Notes under the pieces: model-generated
Databases searched by the model: none
What the model saw: only the letters and a program-made list of their open reading frames with translations
Told to the model about the DNA's origin: nothing
From: Gammaproteobacteria bacterium
GTDB lineage: Bacteria; Pseudomonadota; Gammaproteobacteria; Steroidobacterales; Steroidobacteraceae
Length of the DNA stretch: 52,167 nucleotides
Assembly: GCA_043742845.1 (NCBI GenBank)
Contig: JAYTXS010000372.1
Coordinates: 1-52,167 of the forward strand
Reading direction: 5' to 3'
Translations under genes and position numbers: made by a program
Shown: in pieces, positions 34,537 to 43,685 of the stretch
Position numbering within the stretch: the stretch's first letter is position 1
Layout: the number at the start of each line of letters is the position of its first letter

Positions 34537-35520
34537 ATGAAAGCGGTATTCCTCGAATACGACACGATTTCCAACGGCGATCTCGACATTTCCGGCTTGG
34601 CCGCCGTTGTCGATGACCTGCAACTGATTTCTGCAGCCGCAGTGGACGCCCTGCAGCGTATTCGAGATGCCGACATTGTGTTGCTTAACACACTGGCCTT
34701 TCCGCGAGAACTCATGCAGCGCACTGCCAGGCTCAAACTGTTGGCCGTCGCCGCGACCGGCACCGACAACATCGATCTGGTCGCCGCCCAGGAACGCGGG
34801 GTCGGGGTATGCAATGTGCCCGGCTACTGCACGGCCTCGGTGGTGCAGCACGTATGGGCACTGATATTGAGCCTCACCCAGCACCTGCCGGAGTATTCGC
34901 GTCTATCGACTGACGGCAGCTGGCCCAAGGGTGAGCCGCTCATGGAGTTACGCCACCCAATCCGCGAACTCAACGGTCTCACCTTCGGCGTCGTCGGCTG
35001 GGGCGAATTGGGCAAGGGCGCCGCGCGCGTCGCCGAAGGTTTCGGCATGCGAGTGGTCATCGCCAACCGCCGCGGCGGCGCTAGCAGCACCGGCGGCGCT
35101 AGCAGCGGCAGCGATCCCCGCCACGAGCGTGTGGAACTGCCGGCACTGCTGGCCATGTCGGACATCGTGTCGCTGCATTGCCCCCTCAATGACATGACGC
35201 GCGGGCTGATCGGCGCAAGCGAACTCGCGCTCATGAAACCTGACGCGTTGCTGATCAATACGGCGCGCGGCGCACTGGTGGACGGCCCTGCCTTAGCCGA
35301 TGCATTGAAGGCCGGCAGGCTCGGCGGCGCCGGAATCGACGTACTGCCCCAAGAGCCGCCGCCGGGAGACCATCCGTTGCTCGATCCCAAGATTCGGAAT
35401 TTGATCGTGACGCCCCATGTAGCTTGGGCAGCCCGCGAAGCGCGGCAACGCTGCCTCGACGAAATGGCAGCCAATATCAAGGATTTCGTGGGCGGTGGGC
35501 GCCGCTCGCGGGTGGTCTGA
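34537..35520 (+). CDS. D-isomer-specific 2-hydroxyacid dehydrogenase (glycerate/hydroxypyruvate reductase-like)
   Basis: NAD-binding GVVGWGELGKG, catalytic-region NTARGALVD, and TPHVAWA. Contains a Gly/Ser-rich insertion (GGASSTGGASSGS). Confidence 0.88.
   Translation: MKAVFLEYDTISNGDLDISGLAAVVDDLQLISAAAVDALQRIRDADIVLLNTLAFPRELMQRTARLKLLAVAATGTDNIDLVAAQERGVGVCNVPGYCTASVVQHVWALILSLTQHLPEYSRLSTDGSWPKGEPLMELRHPIRELNGLTFGVVGWGELGKGAARVAEGFGMRVVIANRRGGASSTGGASSGSDPRHERVELPALLAMSDIVSLHCPLNDMTRGLIGASELALMKPDALLINTARGALVDGPALADALKAGRLGGAGIDVLPQEPPPGDHPLLDPKIRNLIVTPHVAWAAREARQRCLDEMAANIKDFVGGGRRSRVV
35073..35106 (+). repeat. Tandem 18-bp duplication inside the dehydrogenase gene
   Basis: cggcggcgctagcagc occurs at 35073-35088 and again at 35091-35106 (period 18). 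It encodes GGASS(T)GGASS(G). Confidence 0.8.
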
Positions 35521-35548
35521 GCGACGCCCTAGCCTTGGAGCCCCGCGC

Positions 35549-35653
35549 TCAACCCTTGGCTTGTTTTTTTTCCCGTTTCGCGGCCCGCTTTTCTTCCAAT
35601 GTCTTGCTCGGTTTCTTCTTGTCTTCTTTCTTTCGATCCATACCTTTGCCCAT
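35549..35653 (-). CDS. Unannotated small, highly basic protein (34 aa: MGKGMDRKKEDKKKPSKTLEEKRAAKREKKQAKG)
   Basis: ATG 35653 is preceded by CAGGAG at 6-nt spacing, 33 nt downstream of the deaD stop on the same strand. TGA at 35549-35551. Below the ORF-track size cutoff. Confidence 0.4.
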   Translation of the reverse strand: MGKGMDRKKEDKKKPSKTLEEKRAAKREKKQAKG

Positions 35654-35686
35654 GACTCGCTCCTGTTTTTCTAGGCCAATGAAAAC

Positions 35687-37612
35687 CTAATTCTTTGCCT
35701 TGCGGCGGCTCAACATCTTGCGTGGAGCGGCCTCCCGTTGGGCGCCGCCCCGTTCGGTAGGCCGCCCCGCGGTAGGCCGCCCCGCGGTATGCCGGCCAGC
35801 CGCATCGCGTGGCGGCTTGGGCGGCTTTTCGCTAACCCGGCTGATACGAAGTTCCCGGCCCGCCACCCGCGCCTTCTGCAAATCCTTGAATATCGGGTTC
35901 GGCATGCCTTCAGGCAAATCCACGTAGCTATGATCCTCTCGAATATCCACTCGGCCGATGTGCACGCCCTCTATCCCGGATTCGTTGGCAATAGCGCCCA
36001 CGATATTACCGGGCTTGATTCCATGTACCGACCCTACTTCGATACGAAAAGTTTCCATTTGGCTGCCGGCCGATTTGGCGCGCGGCTTGCGCGCCTCTTC
36101 GAATGCCGCAGGCGCCGCGTCCAAGTTGCGCGGACGTACCTCGGTCGGTTCTCGTTCCGACGGCCGCTGTCGCTCGGTCGGGCGGTCCTGGCCCGCGGGT
36201 CGCTCGCGGGCATACGAGTGCTCCCGCTCCACTGGCCGCGTGGTCTCGAACGGCGCTGCTGGCCTTTCGGACTTGCTTGCCAGGAGCAGGGGCGTCGAGC
36301 CCTGGGCCATACTCGCCAGCGCAGCCGCAATGTCGATGAGCGGCAAACCGGATTCCGCTTCCAATTGCTCGACCACCGGACGCAACATCGTCGCCTCCCC
36401 CTTGGCAATCGTCTCTGAGACCCGGGCTTTGAATTTGGCGATGCGCAACGCGTTGACCGCGTCGACCGTCGGCAGGTTCATCGGTTCGATGGCCTGCCGC
36501 GTGGCGCGCTCGATGGCCCGCAGCATGTTGCGTTCCCGCGGAGCGATGAACAGTATGGCCTCGCCCTTGCGTCCCGCTCTGCCGGTGCGGCCGATGCGAT
36601 GCACATAGGATTCGGTGTCGTACGGCACATCGAAGTTCACCACATGACCGATGCGTTCCACATCCAGTCCGCGGGCGGCCACATCGGTGGCCACGACGAT
36701 ATCGATTTGTCCTGCCTTGAGCCGCGCCACCGTACGCTCGCGCAGCGGCTGCGGAATATCGCCATTGAGCGGTGCAGCGGCAAAGCCCCGTGCTTCGAGT
36801 TTCTCCGCTAATTCCACCGTCGATTGCTTGGTGCGTGTGAACACCAGCATGCCGTCGAAGGGCTCAGCTTCCAGGATACGGGTCAATGCATCCAGTTTGT
36901 GCATGCCGCTGACGATCCAGTACCGTTGCCGGATATTGGTCGCCGTGCTGGTCTTGCTCTTGATGGTCACTTCCACCGGCGTGCGCAGGTGCTTCGCGGC
37001 GATGCGGCGAATCGGCGCAGGAATGGTCGCAGAGAACAAGGCCACCTGCCGCTGCGGCGGGGTCTGCTCGAGAATGCTCTCGACGGCATCGACGAAGCCC
37101 ATGCGCAACATTTCGTCGGCTTCGTCCAGCACCAGCAGCGTCAATCCCGTGAGCTTCAAGGTACCGCGATTCATGTGATCGATGACGCGTCCGGGCGTAC
37201 CCACCACCACATGCACGCCGCGACGCAGTGCATTTAATTGCGGCTGGTAGCTCTGACCGCCATAGATCGGCAGCACGTGGAAGCCCTTCAGGTGCGCGGC
37301 ATATTTCAGAAAGGCCTCCGACACCTGCAGCGCGAGCTCGCGAGTCGGCACCAGCACCAGCACCTGCGGCTCATGCTTCGACAAATCGATGCGCGTCAGC
37401 GCCGGCAACGCAAAGGCCGCCGTCTTGCCCGTGCCGGTCTGCGCCTGGCCCAACATGTCGGAGCCGGACAGCAGCACCGGGATGGTCGCGGCCTGAATCG
37501 GCGAGGGCGACTCGTAGCCCACGTCGGTCAACGCACGCAGCACGGGTTCCGACAGCGCAAGGTCGCGGAAACTGATTACGCTTAAGGGTTCGTCCGCCGG
37601 AACTGCGCTCAT
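35687..37612 (-). CDS. deaD: DEAD-box ATP-dependent RNA helicase DeaD/CsdA
   Basis: Q motif, AQTGTGKT, PTRELA, DEAD, SAT, HRIGRTGRAG, a DbpA-like RNA-binding domain (FRIEVGSVHGIKPGNIVGAI), and a basic repetitive tail. Confidence 0.93.
   Translation of the reverse strand: MSAVPADEPLSVISFRDLALSEPVLRALTDVGYESPSPIQAATIPVLLSGSDMLGQAQTGTGKTAAFALPALTRIDLSKHEPQVLVLVPTRELALQVSEAFLKYAAHLKGFHVLPIYGGQSYQPQLNALRRGVHVVVGTPGRVIDHMNRGTLKLTGLTLLVLDEADEMLRMGFVDAVESILEQTPPQRQVALFSATIPAPIRRIAAKHLRTPVEVTIKSKTSTATNIRQRYWIVSGMHKLDALTRILEAEPFDGMLVFTRTKQSTVELAEKLEARGFAAAPLNGDIPQPLRERTVARLKAGQIDIVVATDVAARGLDVERIGHVVNFDVPYDTESYVHRIGRTGRAGRKGEAILFIAPRERNMLRAIERATRQAIEPMNLPTVDAVNALRIAKFKARVSETIAKGEATMLRPVVEQLEAESGLPLIDIAAALASMAQGSTPLLLASKSERPAAPFETTRPVEREHSYARERPAGQDRPTERQRPSEREPTEVRPRNLDAAPAAFEEARKPRAKSAGSQMETFRIEVGSVHGIKPGNIVGAIANESGIEGVHIGRVDIREDHSYVDLPEGMPNPIFKDLQKARVAGRELRISRVSEKPPKPPRDAAGRHTAGRPTAGRPTERGGAQREAAPRKMLSRRKAKN
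35756..35800 (-). repeat. 15-bp tandem repeat (2 exact + 1 degenerate unit) in the deaD 3' end
   Basis: ggtaggccgccccgc occurs at 35756-35770 and 35771-35785, then ggtatgccggccagc. It encodes GRHTAGRPTAGRPT in the C-terminal tail. Confidence 0.8.
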
Positions 37613-37675
37613 GGAAATCGCCTTTGGGAAACCGCAAGTCTAGCGGTTTAGCCGGGTATTGCTACCATGTGCGCC

Positions 37676-38401
37676 ATGGGACGTATATTCGAAGTCAGAA
37701 AGCACGCCATGTTCGCTCGTTGGAACCGGATGGCCAAGCAGTTCACCCGCGTTGCCAAGGATATTGCTATTGCAGTGCACGCGGGCGGCCCCGACCCCGC
37801 AGGCAATGCGATGCTGCGCCGAGTGCTGCAGAACGCCCGCGCCGTGAACATGCCCAAAGACAAGACCGACGCCGCGATTCGCCGCGCCTCGGGCAAGGAA
37901 GCCGCCAACTATCTGGAAATCATCTACGAAGGCTACGCCCCGCACGGGGTCGCCCTATTGGTCGATACTGCCACTGACAACCCTACGCGCACCGTCGCCA
38001 GCGTGCGCAATATCTTCGCTAAAAACGGCGGGAATCTCGGCGCCACCGGCAGTGTCAGCTTTTTGTTCAAAAAAATGGGAGTGTTTCGCCTGAACCCCGC
38101 CACCGTGAAGGACCAAGACGAACTCGAACTGGATTTGATCGATTACGGGCTCGAAGAAATGGGCGACAGTACGGGGGATAAGGGCGAACCGCAGCTCGTC
38201 ATTCGCGGCGCCTTCAACGATTTTGGCAAGCTACAAGAAGCGCTCGAGAAGCGAGGGATCACACCGTTGTCGGCCGAGCACGAATACATTTGCTCCATGC
38301 CCATCGAACTTCCCGAGGCTCAAGCAGCCGAGGTGTTGAGCCTGATCGATAAACTGGAGCAGGACGAGGATGTGCAGAAGGTGTTTCACTCCTTAGCGTG
38401 A
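37676..38401 (+). CDS. YebC/PmpR-family transcriptional regulator
   Basis: [21 protein letters not shown].., [29 protein letters not shown] 37676 preferred over ATG 37667. Confidence 0.9.
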   Translation: MGRIFEVRKHAMFARWNRMAKQFTRVAKDIAIAVHAGGPDPAGNAMLRRVLQNARAVNMPKDKTDAAIRRASGKEAANYLEIIYEGYAPHGVALLVDTATDNPTRTVASVRNIFAKNGGNLGATGSVSFLFKKMGVFRLNPATVKDQDELELDLIDYGLEEMGDSTGDKGEPQLVIRGAFNDFGKLQEALEKRGITPLSAEHEYICSMPIELPEAQAAEVLSLIDKLEQDEDVQKVFHSLA

Positions 38402-38489
38402 TCGCGCCCCGTTAAGCCTTGTTAATCCTGTCATCCCGAGCTGCCCCCTCGCGTTGCTCCTCCTGAGGCACACACTTTAGGAGCAGGTC

Positions 38490-38651
38490 ATGCAAAAGCT
38501 AGTTAAGGCATTGATTCCATTGGGATTAATAATTTCGGCCATGACCGGCTGCGTGGTCGCTCCGGGCGGCTACTATCGTCATAAATACTACGGCCCCCGG
38601 GTGGCGGTCATTGCCCCAGCACCGGTGGTCGTGATTCGGCCGTACCGTTAA
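38490..38651 (+). CDS. Unannotated small lipoprotein (53 aa: MQKLVKALIPLGLIISAMTGC VVAPGGYYRHKYYGPRVAVIAPAPVVVIRPYR)
   Basis: ATG is preceded by TAGGAGCAGGTC (AGGAG at 7-nt spacing). Signal peptide with lipobox MTGC. TAA at 38649-38651. Below the ORF-track size cutoff. Confidence 0.5.
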   Translation: MQKLVKALIPLGLIISAMTGCVVAPGGYYRHKYYGPRVAVIAPAPVVVIRPYR

Positions 38652-38659
38652 ACGGGGCG

Positions 38660-39115
38660 TTATGTCGGCGAGCCCATATTAACCGGCTCGTGTTTGATGA
38701 CGGCATTGGCCCAATCAACCACGGGCCGCAGGCGCGGGGATACCATGGCCAAGGCTTTGTGAAAATCCACCCAGCACGCTTCATGGTGCTCCGGCCGTCC
38801 CAGATCCGGATTGATGGGTAGGGAGACCTGCGTCTGCTTGCTGCGGGCAATGTAGTAGCGGGAAATCTTGCCCTTGTTGTAGGGCCCCGTGTCCATGTAT
38901 TCCAGGCCCCAGTCGAATGACAGGTCATCGAACGTCGTTTCTTCCCGGACTTCACGCAGTGCGGCATCGATCGGCTGCTCGCCCAGTTCGACCAACCCCT
39001 TAGGGAAATCCCAGTTGCGGTAGGCGCGCAACAGCAAATATTTCAGTTTCCGCTGCGCCAGACTGACCACCACCACGCCGGCGGACAATCGATGGGGCGG
39101 TGCAACTGCGGACAT
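38660..39115 (-). CDS. Nudix hydrolase, NUDT2/Ap4A-hydrolase-like
   Basis: WDFPKGLVELGEQPIDAALREVREETTF contains an intact Nudix box (Gx5Ex7REVxEE). ATG lies 8 nt after the ahpF stop, same strand. Confidence 0.82.
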   Translation of the reverse strand: MSAVAPPHRLSAGVVVVSLAQRKLKYLLLRAYRNWDFPKGLVELGEQPIDAALREVREETTFDDLSFDWGLEYMDTGPYNKGKISRYYIARSKQTQVSLPINPDLGRPEHHEACWVDFHKALAMVSPRLRPVVDWANAVIKHEPVNMGSPT

Positions 39116-39123
39116 CCGCGGCC

Positions 39124-40689
39124 TTAAGCCGCGGCGGACAGCGGCGAGCGAATCAAGTGGTCGAAGGCGCTGAGTGAAGCCTTCGCCCCCTCGCCCATTG
39201 CAATGACGATCTGCTTATAAGGCACTACGGTGCAGTCACCGGCGGCGAATACGCCGGCGACCGAGGTCTGGCCACGCGCATTCACTTCGATTTCACCGCG
39301 CGCCGACAGCTGCACCGTGCCCTTTAGCCAATCCGTATTGGGCACTAGGCCAATCTGCACGAACACACCGGCCAGCTCCAGGGTATGGAATGCATCGCTC
39401 TGCCTGTCCTTGTACACGAGACCGACCACACGCTCGCCGTCGCCTCTGACTTCCGTGGTTTGCGCGCCCGTGATGATGGTCACATTCGGCAGGCTTTGCA
39501 GCTTACGTGTCAAGACCGCGTCGGCGCGCAGCGTCGTATCGAATTCGATCAAGGAGACGTGGCTGACGAGCCCGGCAAGATCGATTGCCGCCTCGACGCC
39601 GGAGTTGCCGCCGCCGACCACCGCCACGCGCTTGCCCTTGTACAGCGGCCCGTCGCAGTGCGGACAGTAGGCGACGCCTCGATTGCGGTATTCGCGCTCG
39701 CCCGGCACATTGATTTCGCGCCAGCGCGCGCCCGTTGCAATCACCACAGAGCGAGCCTTCAGCACGCCGCCATTTTCCAGCTTCACCTCGATCAAATCGC
39801 CCGGAATCATGGAGCTGGCGCGCTGCAGATTCATGACGTCCACATCGTAGGTGGTCACGTGCTGTTCGAGACCCGTGGCCAGTGTGTGGCCTTTGGTCTC
39901 TTTGATTGAAATGAAATTCTCTATGCCCACGGTGTCCAGCAACTGCCCGCCGAGACGCTCGGCCGCGATGCCCGTGCGAATACCTTTGCGCGCCGCATAG
40001 ATCGCCGCGGCCGCTCCCGCGGGTCCACCGCCGATGACCAACACGTCAAAAGGCGCTTTCGCACTCAACGTGACAGCGTCGCGCGCCGCGGCACCGGTAT
40101 CCAGCTTTGCGAGGATTTCGGCCAGCTCCATGCGACCCTGACCAAACGGCTGGCCATTCATAAACACTGCGGGGACAGCCATCACCTGCCGGCGCTCTAC
40201 CTCGTCCTGAAATACTGCGCCGTCGATCATCGTGTGCGTGATCTTCGGATTCAGCACCGCCATCACATTCAATGCCTGCACCACATCGGGACAGCTCTGG
40301 CAGGTGAGGGAAATGAAGGTCTCGAAGTGGTAGTCGCCATCCAGATTGCGGATCTGCTCGATCACTGCTTGATCGACCTTCGGCGCATAGCCTCCCGTCT
40401 GCAACAACGCCAGTACCAGCGAGGTAAATTCATGGCCCATCGGCAGCCCCGCGAAACGTATCCGAGGATCCTCACCCGGCCGCCGCAGCGCGAATGAGGG
40501 TTCCAATTGCGCACCGTCGCTCGATTGCACTTCGACTTTCATCAACTCGGACGCCGACTGGATGTCGGCCAGCAGCTCGAGCATTTCCCGGGACTTGTCG
40601 CCGTCGTCGACGGACGCGAGGATTTCTACCGGCTGCGAGATCCGCTCCAGGTAACTCTTCAATTGAGCCTTCAGATCGCTGTCGAGCAT
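39124..40689 (-). CDS. ahpF: Alkyl hydroperoxide reductase subunit F
   Basis: [23 protein letters not shown] start, and 521 aa as in E. coli AhpF. CQSCPDV and CPHCDG redox centres. [13 protein letters not shown] motif. Confidence 0.95.
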   Translation of the reverse strand: MLDSDLKAQLKSYLERISQPVEILASVDDGDKSREMLELLADIQSASELMKVEVQSSDGAQLEPSFALRRPGEDPRIRFAGLPMGHEFTSLVLALLQTGGYAPKVDQAVIEQIRNLDGDYHFETFISLTCQSCPDVVQALNVMAVLNPKITHTMIDGAVFQDEVERRQVMAVPAVFMNGQPFGQGRMELAEILAKLDTGAAARDAVTLSAKAPFDVLVIGGGPAGAAAAIYAARKGIRTGIAAERLGGQLLDTVGIENFISIKETKGHTLATGLEQHVTTYDVDVMNLQRASSMIPGDLIEVKLENGGVLKARSVVIATGARWREINVPGEREYRNRGVAYCPHCDGPLYKGKRVAVVGGGNSGVEAAIDLAGLVSHVSLIEFDTTLRADAVLTRKLQSLPNVTIITGAQTTEVRGDGERVVGLVYKDRQSDAFHTLELAGVFVQIGLVPNTDWLKGTVQLSARGEIEVNARGQTSVAGVFAAGDCTVVPYKQIVIAMGEGAKASLSAFDHLIRSPLSAAA

Positions 40690-40735
40690 AGTGTCATCCA
40701 GGTAAAGGTAATCGTGAAGAGGGACTTCGCGAAGG

Positions 40736-40766
40736 GGACGAGCCTCCATTGTTCCGAGGCCCGTCC
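40736..40766 (-). other. Intercistronic stem-loop between ahpC and ahpF
   Basis: Minus-strand RNA reads GGACGGGCCUC-ggaacaaug-GAGGCUCGUCC. 11-bp stem with one G-U pair. No U-tract. Confidence 0.5.
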
Positions 40767-40799
40767 GCCGTTTCTCTAACGATCATCGATCCCCCAAGA

Positions 40800-41363
40800 T
40801 CAGATCTTTCCGACAAGATCCAAAGACGGCTTCAAGGTCTCGGCGCCAGGAGTCCACTTCGCCGGGCATACCTCGCCCGGATGCGAAGCCACATACTGCG
40901 CGGCCTTCACTTTGCGCAGCAGCTCCTTTGCATCGCGGCCGATTCCATTGTCGTGAACTTCCAAAATCTTGATCAAACCCTCAGGGTTGATGACGAAGGT
41001 GCCGCGCAGCGCCAGGCCTTCTTCCTCGATCAGAACCTGGAAATTACGCGCAAGCGCCGCGGTAGGATCGCCAACCAGCGGGTACTGAACCTTCTTGATG
41101 GTATCGGAGGTGTCGTGCCAGGCTTTATGTGCGAAATGAGTGTCGGTGGACACGCCATAGATTTCGACGCCTAACTTCTTGAATTCAGCATAGTTGTCCG
41201 CCAGATCGCCGAGTTCCGTGGGGCATACGAACGTGAAATCTGCGGGATAGAACACCACCACGGACCACTTGCCTTTCAGGGTATCGTTCGTCACCGGGAC
41301 GAATTTGCCGTTGTGATAGGCGGTGGCTTTAAAGGGCTTGATTTCAGTATTGATCAGAGACAT
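40800..41363 (-). CDS. ahpC: Alkyl hydroperoxide reductase subunit C (typical 2-Cys peroxiredoxin)
   Basis: [12 protein letters not shown].., [13 protein letters not shown] (peroxidatic Cys), C-terminal EVCPAKW (resolving Cys). GAGGA RBS. Confidence 0.96.
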   Translation of the reverse strand: MSLINTEIKPFKATAYHNGKFVPVTNDTLKGKWSVVVFYPADFTFVCPTELGDLADNYAEFKKLGVEIYGVSTDTHFAHKAWHDTSDTIKKVQYPLVGDPTAALARNFQVLIEEEGLALRGTFVINPEGLIKILEVHDNGIGRDAKELLRKVKAAQYVASHPGEVCPAKWTPGAETLKPSLDLVGKI

Positions 41364-41451
41364 GGAATTGATCCTCGAAGGAGTTTTGACACAGGTGTGG
41401 ATGCTAGCAGCCGGTGGCTCATTAAAGAATTGGATAATAATTATGGCCTTG

Positions 41452-41466
41452 ATAGACTGCGTCTAT
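41452..41466. promoter_or_regulatory. Candidate OxyR half-operator ATAG-N7-CTAT in the ahpC/oxyR divergent region
   Basis: ATAGactgcgtCTAT lies 6 nt upstream of the oxyR ATG and matches one dyad of the ATAGnt-N-anCTAT consensus. I could not find a good second dyad. Confidence 0.3.
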
Positions 41467-41471
41467 AGGAC

Positions 41472-42368
41472 ATGAATCTCAAGGATCTCAAGTACTTGGT
41501 GGCGCTGGCCGACACTGGCCACTTCGGCAAGGCGGCCGAGCGCACCTTTGTAAGCCAGCCCACGCTCTCGGCGCAACTCAAGAAGCTCGAGGACTTCCTC
41601 GGGGTCAAGCTGGTCGAGCGCCAGCCGAAGAATGTACAGCTCACGGATGTCGGCAAGCAGGTGGTGGTGCGCGCCCGCCGCATGCTGAACGAGAGCGAGG
41701 AAATCATCGCCCTTGCCCGTCACAACGCGGACCCCTTCGCCGGCAAGCTCAAGATGGCGTTGATCCCCACCATTGGCCCCTACTTGCTGCCGCGAGTCAT
41801 GCCGAAGTTTCGCAAGGCGCTGCCTGCCTTAAGCCTCATGCTGTACGAATACCAAACCGAGGCGCTGTTGAAGCGCCTGCGTGACGGCGAAATCGATCTG
41901 GGAATTTTAGCGCTGCCCGCCGAGCAGGACGGCAACGAGTCGCGCAAGCTGTACGATGAAGACTTCACGGTGGCGCTGCCGAACAATCATCCGCTCGCCG
42001 CCAAAACCAACATCAAAATCCCGGACCTTAAAGGCCAGACATTGTTGTTGCTGGAGGATGGCCATTGCCTGCGCGACCAGGCCTTGGAAGTCTGCAGCCG
42101 GGTCGATGTCCTAGAGCACGAGGACTTCCGCGGCACCAGTCTGGAAACCCTGCGCCAAATGGTGGTCGCGGGTTTGGGAGTTACCTTGTTGCCGGAGCTT
42201 GCCGTGGAATCGCCGTTCGGCTCGCAGCGCGGCCTGACCGTGCGGCGTTTTGCCAAGCCGGCGCCGTCCCGTTCCGTGGGCGCGGTCTGGCGCAAGTCCA
42301 GCACTCGCGCTGCCGCGATTGCGGCGGTGTGCGACGTTATAGACCGCGTCATGACGGGCAAGAATTGA
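41472..42368 (+). CDS. oxyR: LysR-family hydrogen-peroxide sensor/regulator OxyR
   Basis: MNLKDLKYLVALADTGHFGKAAERTFVSQPTLS HTH. Redox Cys pair in LLEDGHCLRDQALEVC. Divergent from ahpC. Confidence 0.93.
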   Translation: MNLKDLKYLVALADTGHFGKAAERTFVSQPTLSAQLKKLEDFLGVKLVERQPKNVQLTDVGKQVVVRARRMLNESEEIIALARHNADPFAGKLKMALIPTIGPYLLPRVMPKFRKALPALSLMLYEYQTEALLKRLRDGEIDLGILALPAEQDGNESRKLYDEDFTVALPNNHPLAAKTNIKIPDLKGQTLLLLEDGHCLRDQALEVCSRVDVLEHEDFRGTSLETLRQMVVAGLGVTLLPELAVESPFGSQRGLTVRRFAKPAPSRSVGAVWRKSSTRAAAIAAVCDVIDRVMTGKN

Positions 42369-43648
42369 GTCAAGGTTCGAACACGGCGCAACGCAGGCTG
42401 GTCGCCCGCAGCGCCGACTGGGCATTTCACGCGCAAGACGATGCCGTGCTCGACGCTCTGGTCAGCGGCAGGCACCCGGACAGCCTGCGCGAATACTTCG
42501 GCACGCAGGCGTACGCGGAACTCTCGCTGCTGGCAGCGGCCGCAAAGCGAGCGAAGAAGCCACGCGGCGCCAAAGTACTCATCTTGCCCGGAATTATGGG
42601 CTCGAAAATTGGCGGCCCGGTCCGCTCTGCCCGCTCCGAAGTGCTGTGGATCGACCCGTTGCAAATATCCGCGGGCCGGCTGAGCGCCCTGAAATTGCCC
42701 TCGGGCAAGTCGCTGCGCGCCGTCGGCGTGCTGCTCTTCTCGTACGCACGGCTCAAACTGCAGCTTCAGATCAGCGGCCGCGATGCTCGCTTCCACTCAT
42801 ACGACTGGCGCCTCGGCCACGATGAACTGGGTGCACAGCTCGCGGCTCGTATCGCCGCTGAAGCGGAGCCGGTGATTCTCGTTGCCCATAGCATGGGCGG
42901 CTTGGTCGCGCGCATGGCGGCTCGCATGTTGCCGAAGCGGCTGGTGCGCAAGCTCATCATGTTGGGCACACCCAACGACGGCTCCTTCGCGTCGGTACAA
43001 GCGCTACGCGGAACCTACCCATTCATACGCAGAATGTCGAGGCTCGATCGGCGGCATTCGCCGGAATATCTCGCCGCCAAGGTCTTCAACACCTTTCCCG
43101 GGCTGTATCACATGCTGCCTGCTCCACGACGCCTCAAAGGCATGGACCTGTTTCATGCGCGCGGCTGGCCGAAGCAGGGACCGGCACCAAAGCAGCGGTT
43201 CTTAAAGGAAGTGGCGGCGGTGCGCGCAAAGCTCGCCCCGCCGGATTCGCGCATGCTGCAAATCCTCGGTGTCAATCAGGAGACGGTGATCGGCGTGCGC
43301 CGAACGGCATCAGGATTCGAATATTCGATGGCGCGAAGCGGGGACGGCACGGTGCCCTTGGCTCTGGCAAGGCTGCCCAAGATCGAATCCTATTTCGTGG
43401 AAGAGCTGCACGGCAATCTCGCCAACAACAGCCAAGTCATTCGCGCCGTCGTCGATCTCGTGCGCCGTGGGCGCACTCGTCACTTGCCCCAGCGATGGCG
43501 CATCAAGCGCGGCTCAGTGCGGCACATCGACGACGCGCAGTTACGCCGAGAGAATGGCGCGAAGATCGATTGGGCTAGGCTTTCATCCGCCCAGCGTGAG
43601 GCGGCCTTGGGCGAACTCGACAGCGCCCGCTTAATCATTCGGGAATAG
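42365..43648 (+). CDS. Alpha/beta-hydrolase, lipase/LCAT/PGAP1-like (Ser-Asp-His)
   Basis: Nucleophile elbow VAHSMGG, LGTPNDGS, GDGTVP (Asp) and ELHGNL (His). Start uncertain: TTG 42365 overlaps the oxyR TGA, and GTG 42446 is an alternative. The ORF part upstream of 42365 overlaps oxyR. Confidence 0.72.
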   Translation: MSQGSNTAQRRLVARSADWAFHAQDDAVLDALVSGRHPDSLREYFGTQAYAELSLLAAAAKRAKKPRGAKVLILPGIMGSKIGGPVRSARSEVLWIDPLQISAGRLSALKLPSGKSLRAVGVLLFSYARLKLQLQISGRDARFHSYDWRLGHDELGAQLAARIAAEAEPVILVAHSMGGLVARMAARMLPKRLVRKLIMLGTPNDGSFASVQALRGTYPFIRRMSRLDRRHSPEYLAAKVFNTFPGLYHMLPAPRRLKGMDLFHARGWPKQGPAPKQRFLKEVAAVRAKLAPPDSRMLQILGVNQETVIGVRRTASGFEYSMARSGDGTVPLALARLPKIESYFVEELHGNLANNSQVIRAVVDLVRRGRTRHLPQRWRIKRGSVRHIDDAQLRRENGAKIDWARLSSAQREAALGELDSARLIIRE

Positions 43649-43685
43649 CGTCGATGAAAACCCCCGAAGCGTGACAGGGTTCTCG

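Noticed and set aside
41421-41451. Search for the second dyad of a full four-element OxyR operator upstream of 41452
   Set aside because: Only TTAT (41441-41444) weakly matches CTAT at the right spacing. The outer ATAG element is absent, so I report only a low-confidence half site.
42065-42364. Upstream 100 codons of the 527-aa hydrolase ORF
   Set aside because: Overlaps the 3' part of oxyR in another frame, with a Pro/Arg/Gly-rich translation. The hydrolase most likely starts at or after 42365.
42374-42382. GGTTCGAAC, resembling a tRNA T-arm
   Set aside because: No acceptor stem, D-arm or anticodon arm can be built around it, and it lies in coding sequence. I found no tRNA, rRNA, tmRNA or RNase P-like structure anywhere in the window.
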